This document shows, piece by piece, positions 39,048-48,806 of a DNA stretch of 64,000 nucleotides. The stretch is from Acidobacteriota bacterium. Lineage in GTDB: Bacteria > Acidobacteriota > UBA6911 > RPQK01 > CBDEGM01. The first letter of the stretch is position 1; every line of letters starts with the position of its first letter. The DNA lies in NCBI GenBank assembly GCA_965237715.1, contig CBDEGM010000003.1:1746375-1810374 (forward strand), written 5' to 3'. The notes under the pieces are model-generated. The model ran no database searches, had not been told where the DNA came from, and saw only the letters and a program-made list of their open reading frames with translations. The position numbers and the translations under genes are program-made.

Positions 39048-40111
39048 ACGCGTTGTTGCACAATTCCGGTCGGGTCACGGACCGATCCCAGTCCTGTTTG
39101 AATGCTATCGAATTCGCACTGACTCAGGCATGCCCCGGCTTGACATACGATTCAGCACCTCACATTTGATGATGGCCTCGACCCGTTGATTGTCGAATCG
39201 TCGGGCCGACAGCTTAGGCCCAAACAACGTCTTGAACCTCGACATCGCATTCTCTGCAAGGCTTTGCCTGGTGCAACCACTGGAGATGCGCCATTCATAT
39301 CGACCGAGTCTCCTTATTTCTCGTAGATGGGCATCCCGCATTGCCCGCCAGGCAGGCGGGTCCACACTTTCACTCAGCCGCGCACTGCGTCGCGGAGGGA
39401 TGGTGGCGACAGCCTCCCGCTCGAGTATCGATTGATAACAGGCCCTCGTGTCATAGGCCCCGTCGCCCGAGACTTGAACGATGCGGCCCGGAATCTGATC
39501 CAGCAGGGCCGGCAACAGACGACAGTCGTGGACCCGTCTCGGTGGAACCTCCACCGCCACAATCTCTTTCGTCCTCTCATCGACACCCAGGTGCAGCTTG
39601 CGCCAGGCTCTGCGCCGGCCATGTCGATGCTTTCGGACGTGCCCTTCACCCGAGCCGTACACTCTCAGGCCCGTCGCATCCACAACCACGTGCCGAGGCC
39701 GACTGCTTGGGCTAACAGTCAAGAACGTCGCCAAGGAACTCTGTCGTCTACTGAGAGTGCTGTAGTCTGGAACTGGCAGATCGAGTCTGAGCAACTCCAG
39801 GAGCGAAGAAACGAAGCCCTGCGTCGACCGAAGGCTAAGATGCAACACCGACTTCAATATCAGCGCACACTGAATGGCCGTGTCGGAGTAAACCTTCGGA
39901 GCGCTGGGGCCCTTGGGCGGGTCGGCGTTCCGCCAGGCGGCAACGGCGTCCTCATCGAACCAAAAGGTCAGACGCCCCCTGGCGATCAGCGCCCGATTGT
40001 AGTCTGACCAGTTGCGTACTCGGTACCGGAACGTGTATTGATTCGGCGTCATTCCTCATGCTGGCACCCTGGCCCATCGGAGACAAGCGGACGTGCCGAA
40101 GCGATTTATGC
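39048..40111 (-). mobile_element. IS903-group (IS5 family) IS, full copy of about 1064 bp, IRs CGCGTTGTTGCA(C/T)AA
   Basis: IRs at both ends. Confidence 0.8.
39105..40052 (-). CDS. IS903-group transposase (315 aa)
   Basis: IS903-like core (VVDATGLRVYGSGEGHVRKHRHGRRRAWRKLHL), DDE, C-terminal MPESVRIR. Confidence 0.85.
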   Translation of the reverse strand: MTPNQYTFRYRVRNWSDYNRALIARGRLTFWFDEDAVAAWRNADPPKGPSAPKVYSDTAIQCALILKSVLHLSLRSTQGFVSSLLELLRLDLPVPDYSTLSRRQSSLATFLTVSPSSRPRHVVVDATGLRVYGSGEGHVRKHRHGRRRAWRKLHLGVDERTKEIVAVEVPPRRVHDCRLLPALLDQIPGRIVQVSGDGAYDTRACYQSILEREAVATIPPRRSARLSESVDPPAWRAMRDAHLREIRRLGRYEWRISSGCTRQSLAENAMSRFKTLFGPKLSARRFDNQRVEAIIKCEVLNRMSSRGMPESVRIR

Positions 40112-40202
40112 AACAACGCGTTTCGTTGTAACAAAAGCCAGCTCCGCTGATGGTCAAGCCTCCGGAGCCTTAGTCCTAGTAACAATTCCAAAAGGTACGG
40201 GG

Positions 40203-43200
40203 TCAATCTCCGGAAAATGCTTCAAGCTGGCTTGAGTTCGGATGTATCCGATCCGTGTAGAGGTGCCGTTTAAAACGATTGTCGTCAAGGCGATAGATCG
40301 CAGTGTGACGCAAGCGGCCACCAAACCCAGAGCCCACTTGAATCCCGCCGTAGGCACTCTTCTCACCAGCGATCACCCAGATTGCTGAGAGATCTTGCCG
40401 GTTGAGCATCTGCAAAAATGCGTCGCGATCGACAAGAGCCCCTGCGGGGCCAGATTCAACGACGGACGGATCATAGAATGTGCCTTGTCCATCTGAGCCG
40501 ACAAAAATCAGCGATCTCCCACTCGACAGCCGAAGTCCCATTTTCTCGGCTAGCCAGGGAGCAGGTATTTTGAATATAATCGTCTGATCGATTGAGTAGT
40601 CATAGTCGCCGCTCTCGCATGCGTAGGAGGCGATCGTTGGGCGTGTTGGCACGGCGAAGGCCTGCTGATCGTCGTGCGAACTCCACCGTCCGAATTCGCT
40701 CATTTCTGGGTGCCAAGGATATTCTCCGAGGTGAAAATACCCAGAATAAAGTTCGATCTTTGGGAATGAGCTGGGATCTGTCAGAATTTTGTCCTGGAGA
40801 CTTTTGACCATCTTAGCTTGGTCTTTGCGGCGTACGACGATGCAGGTAAGCCGAAACCACGTTTCCCGCTGAATCTCCCTCTTCCCGGCCCGCACGCCAG
40901 CACCTTTCCATGTTGAAAATCCCGAGAGGGCAAGCCATCTTCGGCCCGTCTTTGGATTACACAAATCAATCAGAGCTTTATTGTTGATGATGTCGCTGTC
41001 ACTGTCCAGCCAAGCAAGACGCTCGTGGGGATCCACCGCGCGAAGCGTAGGATTGAAAGGCACCCACCACGTTTTGCGCCACTCGGCCCAACCCTTGTAA
41101 TAGGTCTGAGTAGTCAAGAAGGACGGATCGATATCGCATAGTCCGACTTCACGGGCTCCTCGATATAGGGGTGGTTCGTCATCGTCTTGTTTCCATGGAT
41201 TGTCTAAGAAGGCAAGATTGTCCGCCATGCGGGCTACAAGTTCTTGGAGTGCAAGCCATTGGTACTTCTTGCCGATGCGTTCGATCCTGTGGCCGTTTCG
41301 GTCGTAGCCGCAGAAGTGATTGTCGAAATCACCGAAGCGTTTCGATGTCCAACCCAGTTCATGGGCTCGCTTGCAGATCCATCGACGGCCCCAATGAACG
41401 TCGAAGTGTGCGGCTCGATCCGCAAAGAGTTTGTGCCGGAAAAAGTCCTTTGCTCGAACTCGGAAGTCTTCCCATTGGTCCGACGCCATCGTCTGCTGAA
41501 GAGCCCCCTCGGCGGCGGCCAACCGCTCCGCCTCCGGACTGGACTGATGGCCGTGAACATCCTTAATTCCCTCGGTGGTGCTAACATATTCCTTAAAGGC
41601 CACAAGTTGGTCTGCGGTTGCACTGGCGACAAATTCCTGTATCCAGGTTCTGCAAATGTCGAGCGAAGTCGGTAGCGGCATTGCTCCGATTTTTGCAGGA
41701 CTCCATTTGTTCACCTTGTGATCAACTACATATCGCGCAAAGTCGCCCTCATGGACGGTGGAGAATACAATCGCGTCGCCAACGGACCCGCGCCCATGAT
41801 CCTCGGTATAGCCCTTAATCAATTCGTCCGGTACCGGTTCGATAGGCCAAGGACTTTGATATGGCGGCCGTGCAAGCGCAAGGTCGATTGAGCTATCCAG
41901 TACGCCGCAGTACGCTGCGTACTCTACAATACATCGGGCATGGTCGCGCAGAAGCGCATTCGCCGGTGGTTTCCCGTTGGCAAAGACCGTGTCGAAAACC
42001 ACCTGGGCAAGTTTGCCGAGTCCCGCTTCCCGCGTTCCTTGAAGAGCGGCGCCATAGCAAGCAGCCAACAGACGCTCAAGAACATACGGATCATTCACAC
42101 TCACAAAGTCGCCCAGTAAACGAGCGGCGAGCAAAAGCCGCCGACTCAGCACGCTAGCAAGGGCCTTGGTAGCCTTATCCCTGACCTCCCGGTGCGATGT
42201 GGCAAGGAACCAAGTGAGCATTGTCGAAGCCAAGTACGCACGATCCCCGTCTATATGCTCAAGATCACTTTGAAGCGCCCAGGAAATCAGTGTCTTGACA
42301 GGCTCATCGAAGCCACGCTCTGCCAAATAGACCGACCAGCGCGCATCGCGCTCCGGCATCGTCATTCCCATGAGCCGCTTATGGACAAAGAGTGCATTGA
42401 ATTTGTTAGACGTCTCTGTGCTGATTGCGACAAGCAGGTCGGTCAACTCGTCCGCTTGAACCAAGCCTCGAACTAGTTCGAACGTGTGACTAGTAAAGTG
42501 AGACTGCTCACGCCAAAGGAGGCTATTCAGAAAAGCGTCCCGCACTGTATACGAAGCGTCAGATCCAACATCCAATATCTCAACGCGGGTCCGTTCCGGG
42601 AGTTGAATGGTCATCGCCTCGATGATTCCGGCGCGTTCATAATTCTCCGTCCCGAAAACACACTTATGGAGAGGCTGGTCGGCTTGAAAGGAACTAGCCA
42701 CATTGTGGGTATTGAGATGGTCATCGAGCAAGTGCGACGCTATAGCATGATCGCTGAAACGCTCGAACGTGAAGCGAACCATTTCAGCAAGCGATCCATC
42801 ATCTTGCCGCAAGGGTTCGACGGTGAGAAGACCTCCGTTTTCCAGCTGCGCTAGCAGACTCTTCTCAAGGCTTCCTCTCGAGTCGAGAACCGATTCAAAC
42901 AGAGTAACTACGTCGCTTTTCGCGGCATATCCTTTGCCGGCGCCCACGAGTAATTGCGCAAAGCTGGCGATAGCCTTTGATACGATTTCCAGATGAGGGT
43001 CGAGCCTCATTCCCCGGTTCAGCGACTGAGATACAGCCTCGTTGTAGAATTTAAAGATCGATGTGACGCCGCGCAAACCTCTAGGAAATTCGGTTTTTCC
43101 CTCCTTTTCCAAGGAGTCGCAGCACATTTTCAAGAAAAGCGGATTTTCAAACTCGGGAACGAGATTAGGTGCCCCAGGTCGGACCATTCCTCGTTTGTCG

Positions 43201-44702
43201 AGGTACACCTTCGCAGCTTCGCCCCCGTTCGCCGCAAAGCCTCTGTGATCGACACGGAGGAGCCGATCTTCATCTATGTCATCCGGGATCACATGCCGAA
43301 CATAGGTCGAGCGGCATGACACGATCACGCTGACTCGCGGGAAAGCCTCGAAAGTATTGAGAAAGGCTGCGAGACGCTGCGGCCAGACATTAACGCCGTT
43401 GCGTTCGTTCAAAGCATCGATGCACACAATTGCTCTCAAGCTCGCGGCCTGCGCTGCTGCGTCCAGACTCGCGAGGAAGTATTTGAACTGCACCGTTGGT
43501 GGATGATCGAGTTGATCGCGAATCTGCGGCCACAGTTCAGCGTCGATAAACGCTTCGCCGAGAAAGAGCAGCGCTGGCCCACCTTCGTGAAGTTGATGCT
43601 CCACGATGTCGGCAAGCAAATGGGACTTACCGATGCCGGCCGGGCCCTGAAGCAGAACTGCCTGCGCGTTGGTCAGCCGCCAACGGTTCGAAGCGAGGTC
43701 GCTCTTGATTTCATGCAGTACCTCCATCAGTTCATAGAGGGTATGTTGCACCAAGCGTTCGGACTTGATGCCCATACTGCCGGGCTTGGAAGGCGGAAGG
43801 TCGTAGGACCAACGAAGGGCCTTTCTAGCGAGGTCGAGACCGTCTGCAGCTGCGGCACTCCAATCGGTTACAGGATAGGGTTGGTCGGGGCCGATTGGAT
43901 CCCCGTCAAGCAAAGACGTCAGAGCACAAATTGCCTCATCCAGAGGATCGATATGGGTTTCGGCTTCCTCCGCACCTGTTCCGCGTATGGCTTTTACGGC
44001 GCCGCTTCCTTTTTCGTTGACGCGTATAAACCACCCATCGATCTGCCTCTGAAGCTCAGGATGGCGTGCGAAGGCGAGGAAGTCCTGTCTGATTGGGAGT
44101 TCAACGTTTGTTTCGGGAGTGTATCGGCTGCCCAGAGACGCCCTTGCCTTCCCAAATTGCTCCTTGAACCAAGTCGTTGTTAGGGCCGCGTGGCCGAACC
44201 AGTACAGGACTCGACCTGAGTGGGCGGGGTCTTCTCTGACCAGACGAAGGCTGAGTTCGCTCTTGCCCCACAACCTGATAGTCAGGTCACGCTTCTGCAA
44301 TGCGGCAAACTCTTCCCATTTCGTGCACCAAGCGTCCCACTTCTCTTGTGCGGTCTTGCCCTTGCCGGTTCGGGAATCGGGAAGATCGAACGGAAGGCAG
44401 ACGATGTAATTAACGAGATTCGGGTGCCTATTCAACGCCGTGCATATTGAAACGTCAAGCTGTGCTGTCAGGCTTGCATTCCAGCTAAAGAGGTACTTGG
44501 CTTGCCATCCGACTTCCGTCCCGTCTGCACGGCGGCGGTAGCATTCGACACCAGCGTCGCCGCCCCGGCCTTTCCGATAGAATTTTCCTTCCGTGGATGT
44601 TGGCTCCAAAGAGGCGAGTTGGCAACACATTTCCTCAAACCCGGCGTGACGGCTTCCGTCAACCGGGCGAATCTTCTCGAAATTGATGTCTGGTAGGCTC
44701 AT
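40203..44702 (-). CDS. Avs4-like antiviral STAND NTPase: N-terminal Mrr-type PD-(D/E)xK nuclease, P-loop STAND ATPase and a long helical C-terminal sensor (1499 aa)
   Basis: Mrr-cat-like GGDAGVEC..(13)..GWQAKY; Walker A GPAGIGKSHLL; Walker B IVCIDALNE; sensor-1 VSVIVSCRST; about 900 aa of C-terminal helical region. Confidence 0.55.
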   Translation of the reverse strand: MSLPDINFEKIRPVDGSRHAGFEEMCCQLASLEPTSTEGKFYRKGRGGDAGVECYRRRADGTEVGWQAKYLFSWNASLTAQLDVSICTALNRHPNLVNYIVCLPFDLPDSRTGKGKTAQEKWDAWCTKWEEFAALQKRDLTIRLWGKSELSLRLVREDPAHSGRVLYWFGHAALTTTWFKEQFGKARASLGSRYTPETNVELPIRQDFLAFARHPELQRQIDGWFIRVNEKGSGAVKAIRGTGAEEAETHIDPLDEAICALTSLLDGDPIGPDQPYPVTDWSAAAADGLDLARKALRWSYDLPPSKPGSMGIKSERLVQHTLYELMEVLHEIKSDLASNRWRLTNAQAVLLQGPAGIGKSHLLADIVEHQLHEGGPALLFLGEAFIDAELWPQIRDQLDHPPTVQFKYFLASLDAAAQAASLRAIVCIDALNERNGVNVWPQRLAAFLNTFEAFPRVSVIVSCRSTYVRHVIPDDIDEDRLLRVDHRGFAANGGEAAKVYLDKRGMVRPGAPNLVPEFENPLFLKMCCDSLEKEGKTEFPRGLRGVTSIFKFYNEAVSQSLNRGMRLDPHLEIVSKAIASFAQLLVGAGKGYAAKSDVVTLFESVLDSRGSLEKSLLAQLENGGLLTVEPLRQDDGSLAEMVRFTFERFSDHAIASHLLDDHLNTHNVASSFQADQPLHKCVFGTENYERAGIIEAMTIQLPERTRVEILDVGSDASYTVRDAFLNSLLWREQSHFTSHTFELVRGLVQADELTDLLVAISTETSNKFNALFVHKRLMGMTMPERDARWSVYLAERGFDEPVKTLISWALQSDLEHIDGDRAYLASTMLTWFLATSHREVRDKATKALASVLSRRLLLAARLLGDFVSVNDPYVLERLLAACYGAALQGTREAGLGKLAQVVFDTVFANGKPPANALLRDHARCIVEYAAYCGVLDSSIDLALARPPYQSPWPIEPVPDELIKGYTEDHGRGSVGDAIVFSTVHEGDFARYVVDHKVNKWSPAKIGAMPLPTSLDICRTWIQEFVASATADQLVAFKEYVSTTEGIKDVHGHQSSPEAERLAAAEGALQQTMASDQWEDFRVRAKDFFRHKLFADRAAHFDVHWGRRWICKRAHELGWTSKRFGDFDNHFCGYDRNGHRIERIGKKYQWLALQELVARMADNLAFLDNPWKQDDDEPPLYRGAREVGLCDIDPSFLTTQTYYKGWAEWRKTWWVPFNPTLRAVDPHERLAWLDSDSDIINNKALIDLCNPKTGRRWLALSGFSTWKGAGVRAGKREIQRETWFRLTCIVVRRKDQAKMVKSLQDKILTDPSSFPKIELYSGYFHLGEYPWHPEMSEFGRWSSHDDQQAFAVPTRPTIASYACESGDYDYSIDQTIIFKIPAPWLAEKMGLRLSSGRSLIFVGSDGQGTFYDPSVVESGPAGALVDRDAFLQMLNRQDLSAIWVIAGEKSAYGGIQVGSGFGGRLRHTAIYRLDDNRFKRHLYTDRIHPNSSQLEAFSGD

Positions 44703-45115
44703 TCAGGTGACGCCGCAGCCAGCGTTGGCTCGCTCAGTACTTTGGGTGACTCGGGTGGTTTGTCCGACATTTTTTGAGCGATCGTGGGGATATCCTGCTG
44801 GATTTTCTCCGTGCTCGGTGTCAACGCTTCCTGCAGCAGTGCATCAAGCAGGCGGCGGCGGGTGTCGTCGCCGCTGGCGAGGCTTGCCTCCAGCCGGTCG
44901 CATAGGATCATTAGCTCATCGACCTTGACGACGATGCGGTGCTGCTCCGGGAGGGGTGGGAGGGGGAATGGCGAGTTCGCAAAATATTCGATTGGCACCC
45001 GCTTCTGTCCAGCGGTGCCGGTCATTCTAGAAATGCCCGTCTCAATGAAGTGTGGGCACTTGAGGAAGACGATGATGTAATCCGGATTGACGATGAGCGG
45101 TCGAACAATGTGCAA
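44699..45115 (-). pseudogene. Type I restriction-modification HsdS C-terminal fragment; its stop overlaps the ATG of the Avs-like gene
   Basis: SPFPLPPLPEQHRIVVKVDELMILCDRLEASL; upstream part replaced by MITE copy d. Confidence 0.55.
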
Positions 45116-45123
45116 TTCGGTAC

Positions 45124-45245
45124 TGTCAAGTTAACCGATTTGGTGTCTAATCAGCGCCTCGGCCACTCCCTAAGTTGTTGATTCTACATTCGACCGCCGA
45201 CCGTTTCCGCCTCCAAAACCCGAGAACTCCACTTAACTTGACAGT
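45124..45245. mobile_element. MITE copy d (122 bp, variant 2)
   Basis: TA-CTGTCAAGTTAAC...GTTAACTTGACAG-TA. Confidence 0.6.
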
Positions 45246-45499
45246 ACCAGTTACCGGGTTCATCCTTGAAATTCGCTCCGATCGGATGAATCCAATAGTC
45301 GTACGTCTTACCCGAAGCGCCTTCCCACTTAATGATGTCAGCCATCGATTTTTCCCTCTGAACTCAACTACTACTAGTTGTCATTTTCCACCGAAGCTCC
45401 CGGCGCTCGGGGGCGAGGTGTCGCGGATCACCTTCACCGGCCCGCTCAGGCCGGAGCGGGCTTCGGCGATGGGAACCAAGCCGTCTTGTTGTTTACGCT

Positions 45500-45991
45500 T
45501 CATGCGACCCCCGCAATCCGTTGGAGCAGTCGATTCCCAATTTCCCGCAAGTAGGTCAGATACCTTTCGCGTAAGTCGTCAGAATCTTGGACGGCCTTCG
45601 TATCGAGCTTCCGACACTCAGCAGCTACCTGGTTGTGGTTGAATTCCATCGGTTCGGATGAGTGGGCAAATTTGTTTCGTATTCGCCGGACAGTATGCAG
45701 ATCTTTTCTAATTTTGCGATCATATAGGCCGAGCGCGAACGCAATATCGACCTTTGCCTTGAAAGTCGAAAGCGGTCCATAAGTCTTGAATATTTCGTCT
45801 ATTTCGTCCCGGCGATTCAACGCAACAAATCTTGTCATGATCGCATCACGTAGCCTGTCTTCGAAATACGCTGCGGCAAGAATAGCGGCAGCCCTGTCGC
45901 TCTCTTCGGCAAGTGCGATCTGGTAGTCATAGGCACGCTCGATGATTTGTCTGCGCGTTTTTTCTTCCTTACTCATTTTCCAGCGGCACAC
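45500..45991 (-). CDS. DUF4145-like (HEPN-superfamily) protein
   Basis: HTVRRIRNKFAH (Rx4-6H) in an all-helical 163-aa protein. Confidence 0.45.
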   Translation of the reverse strand: MCRWKMSKEEKTRRQIIERAYDYQIALAEESDRAAAILAAAYFEDRLRDAIMTRFVALNRRDEIDEIFKTYGPLSTFKAKVDIAFALGLYDRKIRKDLHTVRRIRNKFAHSSEPMEFNHNQVAAECRKLDTKAVQDSDDLRERYLTYLREIGNRLLQRIAGVA

Positions 45992-46230
45992 ACTCCATGT
46001 GGTGCAACGCCTGGAGGCGTGGCTTCGCGGAGCGCCTGGGCCGGGCCGCCCAAGCCGAACACGACTTCCCCGATCGGAACTAACTCGCCGTGTTGACGCT
46101 GCATGGCTTTATTCTCCCATGCGGCTCAGACAAGACAGGCGGCGGGAGAAGGGTTACAGGCCCAGGTGGCCGTCCTGGGAGCGCCCGCCCCCGTTTTAAC
46201 GGGTCTGGGACGGTCGTGCTGATAATGGCG

Positions 46231-47058
46231 TTAGATACCAGCATGCACGACTCCTTCCAATTGTTGCGCCATTAGGATCATCTTCGCGGGCGGGCCTTGG
46301 AAGACGATGCCCGCTTTCTCAAGTTTCATCTCGTCCAGGTAGCGCCATCCTTCAAACACGAGTTTGGTTCCCTCCCTTTTGAGAAATGCCTCGACGAAGC
46401 CCAGTGACTCGCCTTGCCGGGTGGCCTGAGCGAAGCGGCCCCACTCTGTGGACAGCAATTCTTCTGGATACCAGACCTCCGGGTTGCATGGAAATCCATT
46501 GATCATCTCCGCATGCGTCGGTTTGCAGATCCGAGTGATGTTCCTGGGACCCAACGCGGCATCCAATTTGACCACGACATCCCGCACCGTGGGGGATCCC
46601 TCGTGCAGCAGCTTAATTTGATACTGGTGGAAGGCTTCGTTATATTCCGCCTTCCGTTCGCTGTAATCGGGCGGCAGTTCCCGATGCCGACCGAGGTTTA
46701 GCGTCGCCTGCCCCGCCGCCTTACCGATGCGGTTTGCCGTCAAATCCCCCAACACTCCGTCCTGATAGGCGAGTTCGGCCTTGGTGCGGCTCTGATCATC
46801 CCACTTCATGAACAGCTCGCCGAGGTCGTGGCCCCAGGCCTCTTTTCGCGGAATGGCTCTCGGCCCCTTTTTGAGGTACACTTTCAGCAGCAGTTCCATG
46901 GTTTCATGCGCGGCGGTGTAGGCGGCGCTGATGAATCCCAGGTTGTACGGTGGGTACATATCCTGGAGATGTGATGCGGACAGTACTGCCGCCGCGTCTA
47001 GTTTGCTAGTGGCGTAAGCAAATGCTGCCGTATTACTAACTCCACCCGGATCACTCAT
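46231..47058 (-). CDS. Hypothetical 275-aa protein with a possible N-terminal HEPN-like motif (RKEAWGH)
   Basis: Rx5H motif in a helical N-terminal region; otherwise no recognisable family. Confidence 0.3.
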   Translation of the reverse strand: MSDPGGVSNTAAFAYATSKLDAAAVLSASHLQDMYPPYNLGFISAAYTAAHETMELLLKVYLKKGPRAIPRKEAWGHDLGELFMKWDDQSRTKAELAYQDGVLGDLTANRIGKAAGQATLNLGRHRELPPDYSERKAEYNEAFHQYQIKLLHEGSPTVRDVVVKLDAALGPRNITRICKPTHAEMINGFPCNPEVWYPEELLSTEWGRFAQATRQGESLGFVEAFLKREGTKLVFEGWRYLDEMKLEKAGIVFQGPPAKMILMAQQLEGVVHAGI

Positions 47059-47185
47059 TTCTCTGGCGACTCTCCCTCCATCGGTAGAATCTGCTGCTTC
47101 TCCGATGGATTGGATCTCACCCGCTGCGCCTTCTCGAAAGTCACGTCTTCGGCCAGGGGGTTGTCTACGCGCTTCCCGCCCAAGG

Positions 47186-47274
47186 GTACTGTCAAGTTAA
47201 CCGATTTGGTGTCTAATCAGCGCCTCGGCCACTCCCTAAGTTGTTGATTCTACATTCGACCGCCGACCGTTTCC
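47186..47274. mobile_element. MITE copy e (variant 2), 3'-truncated by insertion of IS481-like copy 1
   Basis: Identical to copy d up to ...CCGACCGTTTCC, then the IS IRL. Confidence 0.55.
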
Positions 47275-48691
47275 CGTAAGGTCAAAATATTCAGCCGACC
47301 CACAAGTCTCTATTGTGCAAAAAGTTGTAACCGTCACGGCAAACAGAAGTCAGCCTTGGTTGAGCCCCAATGTTTTCCCCCTTTGCGTCTGAGCACTTGA
47401 CGTGAGCATCTAATCAACCATGAACTTCGTGCTCAGGCCCTGGCAGCAGCTGCTCCTGATCTTGGCCGGTTGGATCAACAGAGACCAGCAGGACGCGATC
47501 GAGTATCTTTTGACTGAGAATCAGGTACTCAGAGAAAAGCTCGGCAAGGGCCGCATTCTGCTCAACGACGGCCAGCGTCGACGCTTGGCCGTCAAGGGCA
47601 AGGTGCTGGGCCGAAAAAGCCTCGGCAAACTGGCCAAGATCGTCAGGCCCGACACGCTTCTGCGCTGGCATCGAGAGCTTATCGCTCGCAAGTGGGATCA
47701 CTCAGACAAGAGGCAATCCGTTGGCCGGCCACGCATTCGACAACAGATTGTGGACTTGGCTCTGCGCATGGCTCAGGAGAATCCTAGCTGGGGCTATGAC
47801 CGTATCCAGGGTGCTTTAGCCAACCTGGGCTTCCACATTTCTGACACCACGGTTGGCAACATTCTCAAAGCCCACGGCATCGAGCCAGCTCCAGAGCGCG
47901 AGAGCCGCACGGCCTGGCGTACCTTCCTTGCTGCTCACTGGGATTCGATCGCAGCCGCCGACTTTACGACCGTTGAGGTCTGGACTCGGTCAGGACTGGT
48001 CACGTTCTACGTCCTTGTGGTGATGCATCTAAAGACGCGGCGCATTGAAATCGCGGGTGCGACGCCTCACCCCAACTCCGAATGGATGCAGCAAGCCGGA
48101 AGGAACCTGACCGGCTGTGTCGACGGCTTTTTCCGCAGCTCGGCCCACGTCATCCTTGACCGTGACACGAAGCACTTGCCGTTGCGTCAGATCTTGAAGT
48201 CCAGCGACATCGAGGCGGTAGTCTTACCTCCCAAGAGTCCTAATCTCAATGCTCATCTGGAACGCTTCATGCGCTCCCTGAAATCTGAATGTCTCAACCG
48301 TATGATCTTCTTTGGTGAAGCGTCATTGCGTCGGGCCTTGAGAGAGTTCGGAGAGCACTTTCACCACGAACGGAATCATCAGGGACTCGCGAACCGAATC
48401 ATTGATGCGGGAGATGAAGTTGGTCGCAAGGACGGCGAATTAAGTTGCCGTCCCAGGCTCGGTGGCTTGCTTCGATACTACTATCGAGACGCTGCTTGAA
48501 TTCGGATACACTCCATAAGACTGGGGAGAAGGTCGAGTCAGCACCGCTGTGCCGGAGCGACGACCTCACACCGGGAGCCCGTTTCCAAAAGCTGGTTTCT
48601 CAACGGAAATCGCCTGAGATTCCGATGCTCGCACCCCATGAGCCCTTCTATTCTAAGGATCCGCTGCCCGACCGAATATTTTTACCTTACG
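47275..48691 (+). mobile_element. IS481-like IS copy 1 (1417 bp), imperfect 25-bp IRs CGTAAGGT(C/A)AAAATATTC(A/G)G(C/T)CG
   Basis: Ends defined by comparing five full copies. Confidence 0.85.
47420..48499 (+). CDS. IS481-like rve-type DDE transposase (359 aa)
   Basis: HTH N-terminus, integrase core with ...SPNLNAHLERFMRSLKSE. Confidence 0.85.
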   Translation: MNFVLRPWQQLLLILAGWINRDQQDAIEYLLTENQVLREKLGKGRILLNDGQRRRLAVKGKVLGRKSLGKLAKIVRPDTLLRWHRELIARKWDHSDKRQSVGRPRIRQQIVDLALRMAQENPSWGYDRIQGALANLGFHISDTTVGNILKAHGIEPAPERESRTAWRTFLAAHWDSIAAADFTTVEVWTRSGLVTFYVLVVMHLKTRRIEIAGATPHPNSEWMQQAGRNLTGCVDGFFRSSAHVILDRDTKHLPLRQILKSSDIEAVVLPPKSPNLNAHLERFMRSLKSECLNRMIFFGEASLRRALREFGEHFHHERNHQGLANRIIDAGDEVGRKDGELSCRPRLGGLLRYYYRDAA

Positions 48692-48806
48692 ATGAGTGTT
48701 GAACTCATCAGCATCTTGACCGAAGTGTGGTCACGCTGTAGTGTCTGATGGGGTGTGCGTTGGCGCATGGTAGTAGAAACGATCTGAGTCCCAGGAGGAC
48801 TTAATC

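Noticed and set aside
47414-47701. A 95-aa antisense ORF ([25 protein letters not shown]...) and a 65-aa ORF (MPSQARWLASILLSRRC...) that recur in every IS481-like copy
   Set aside because: They are conserved only because the IS copies are near-identical. The first is antisense to the transposase 5' region and the second lies in the right-end non-coding part. There is no independent support for coding.
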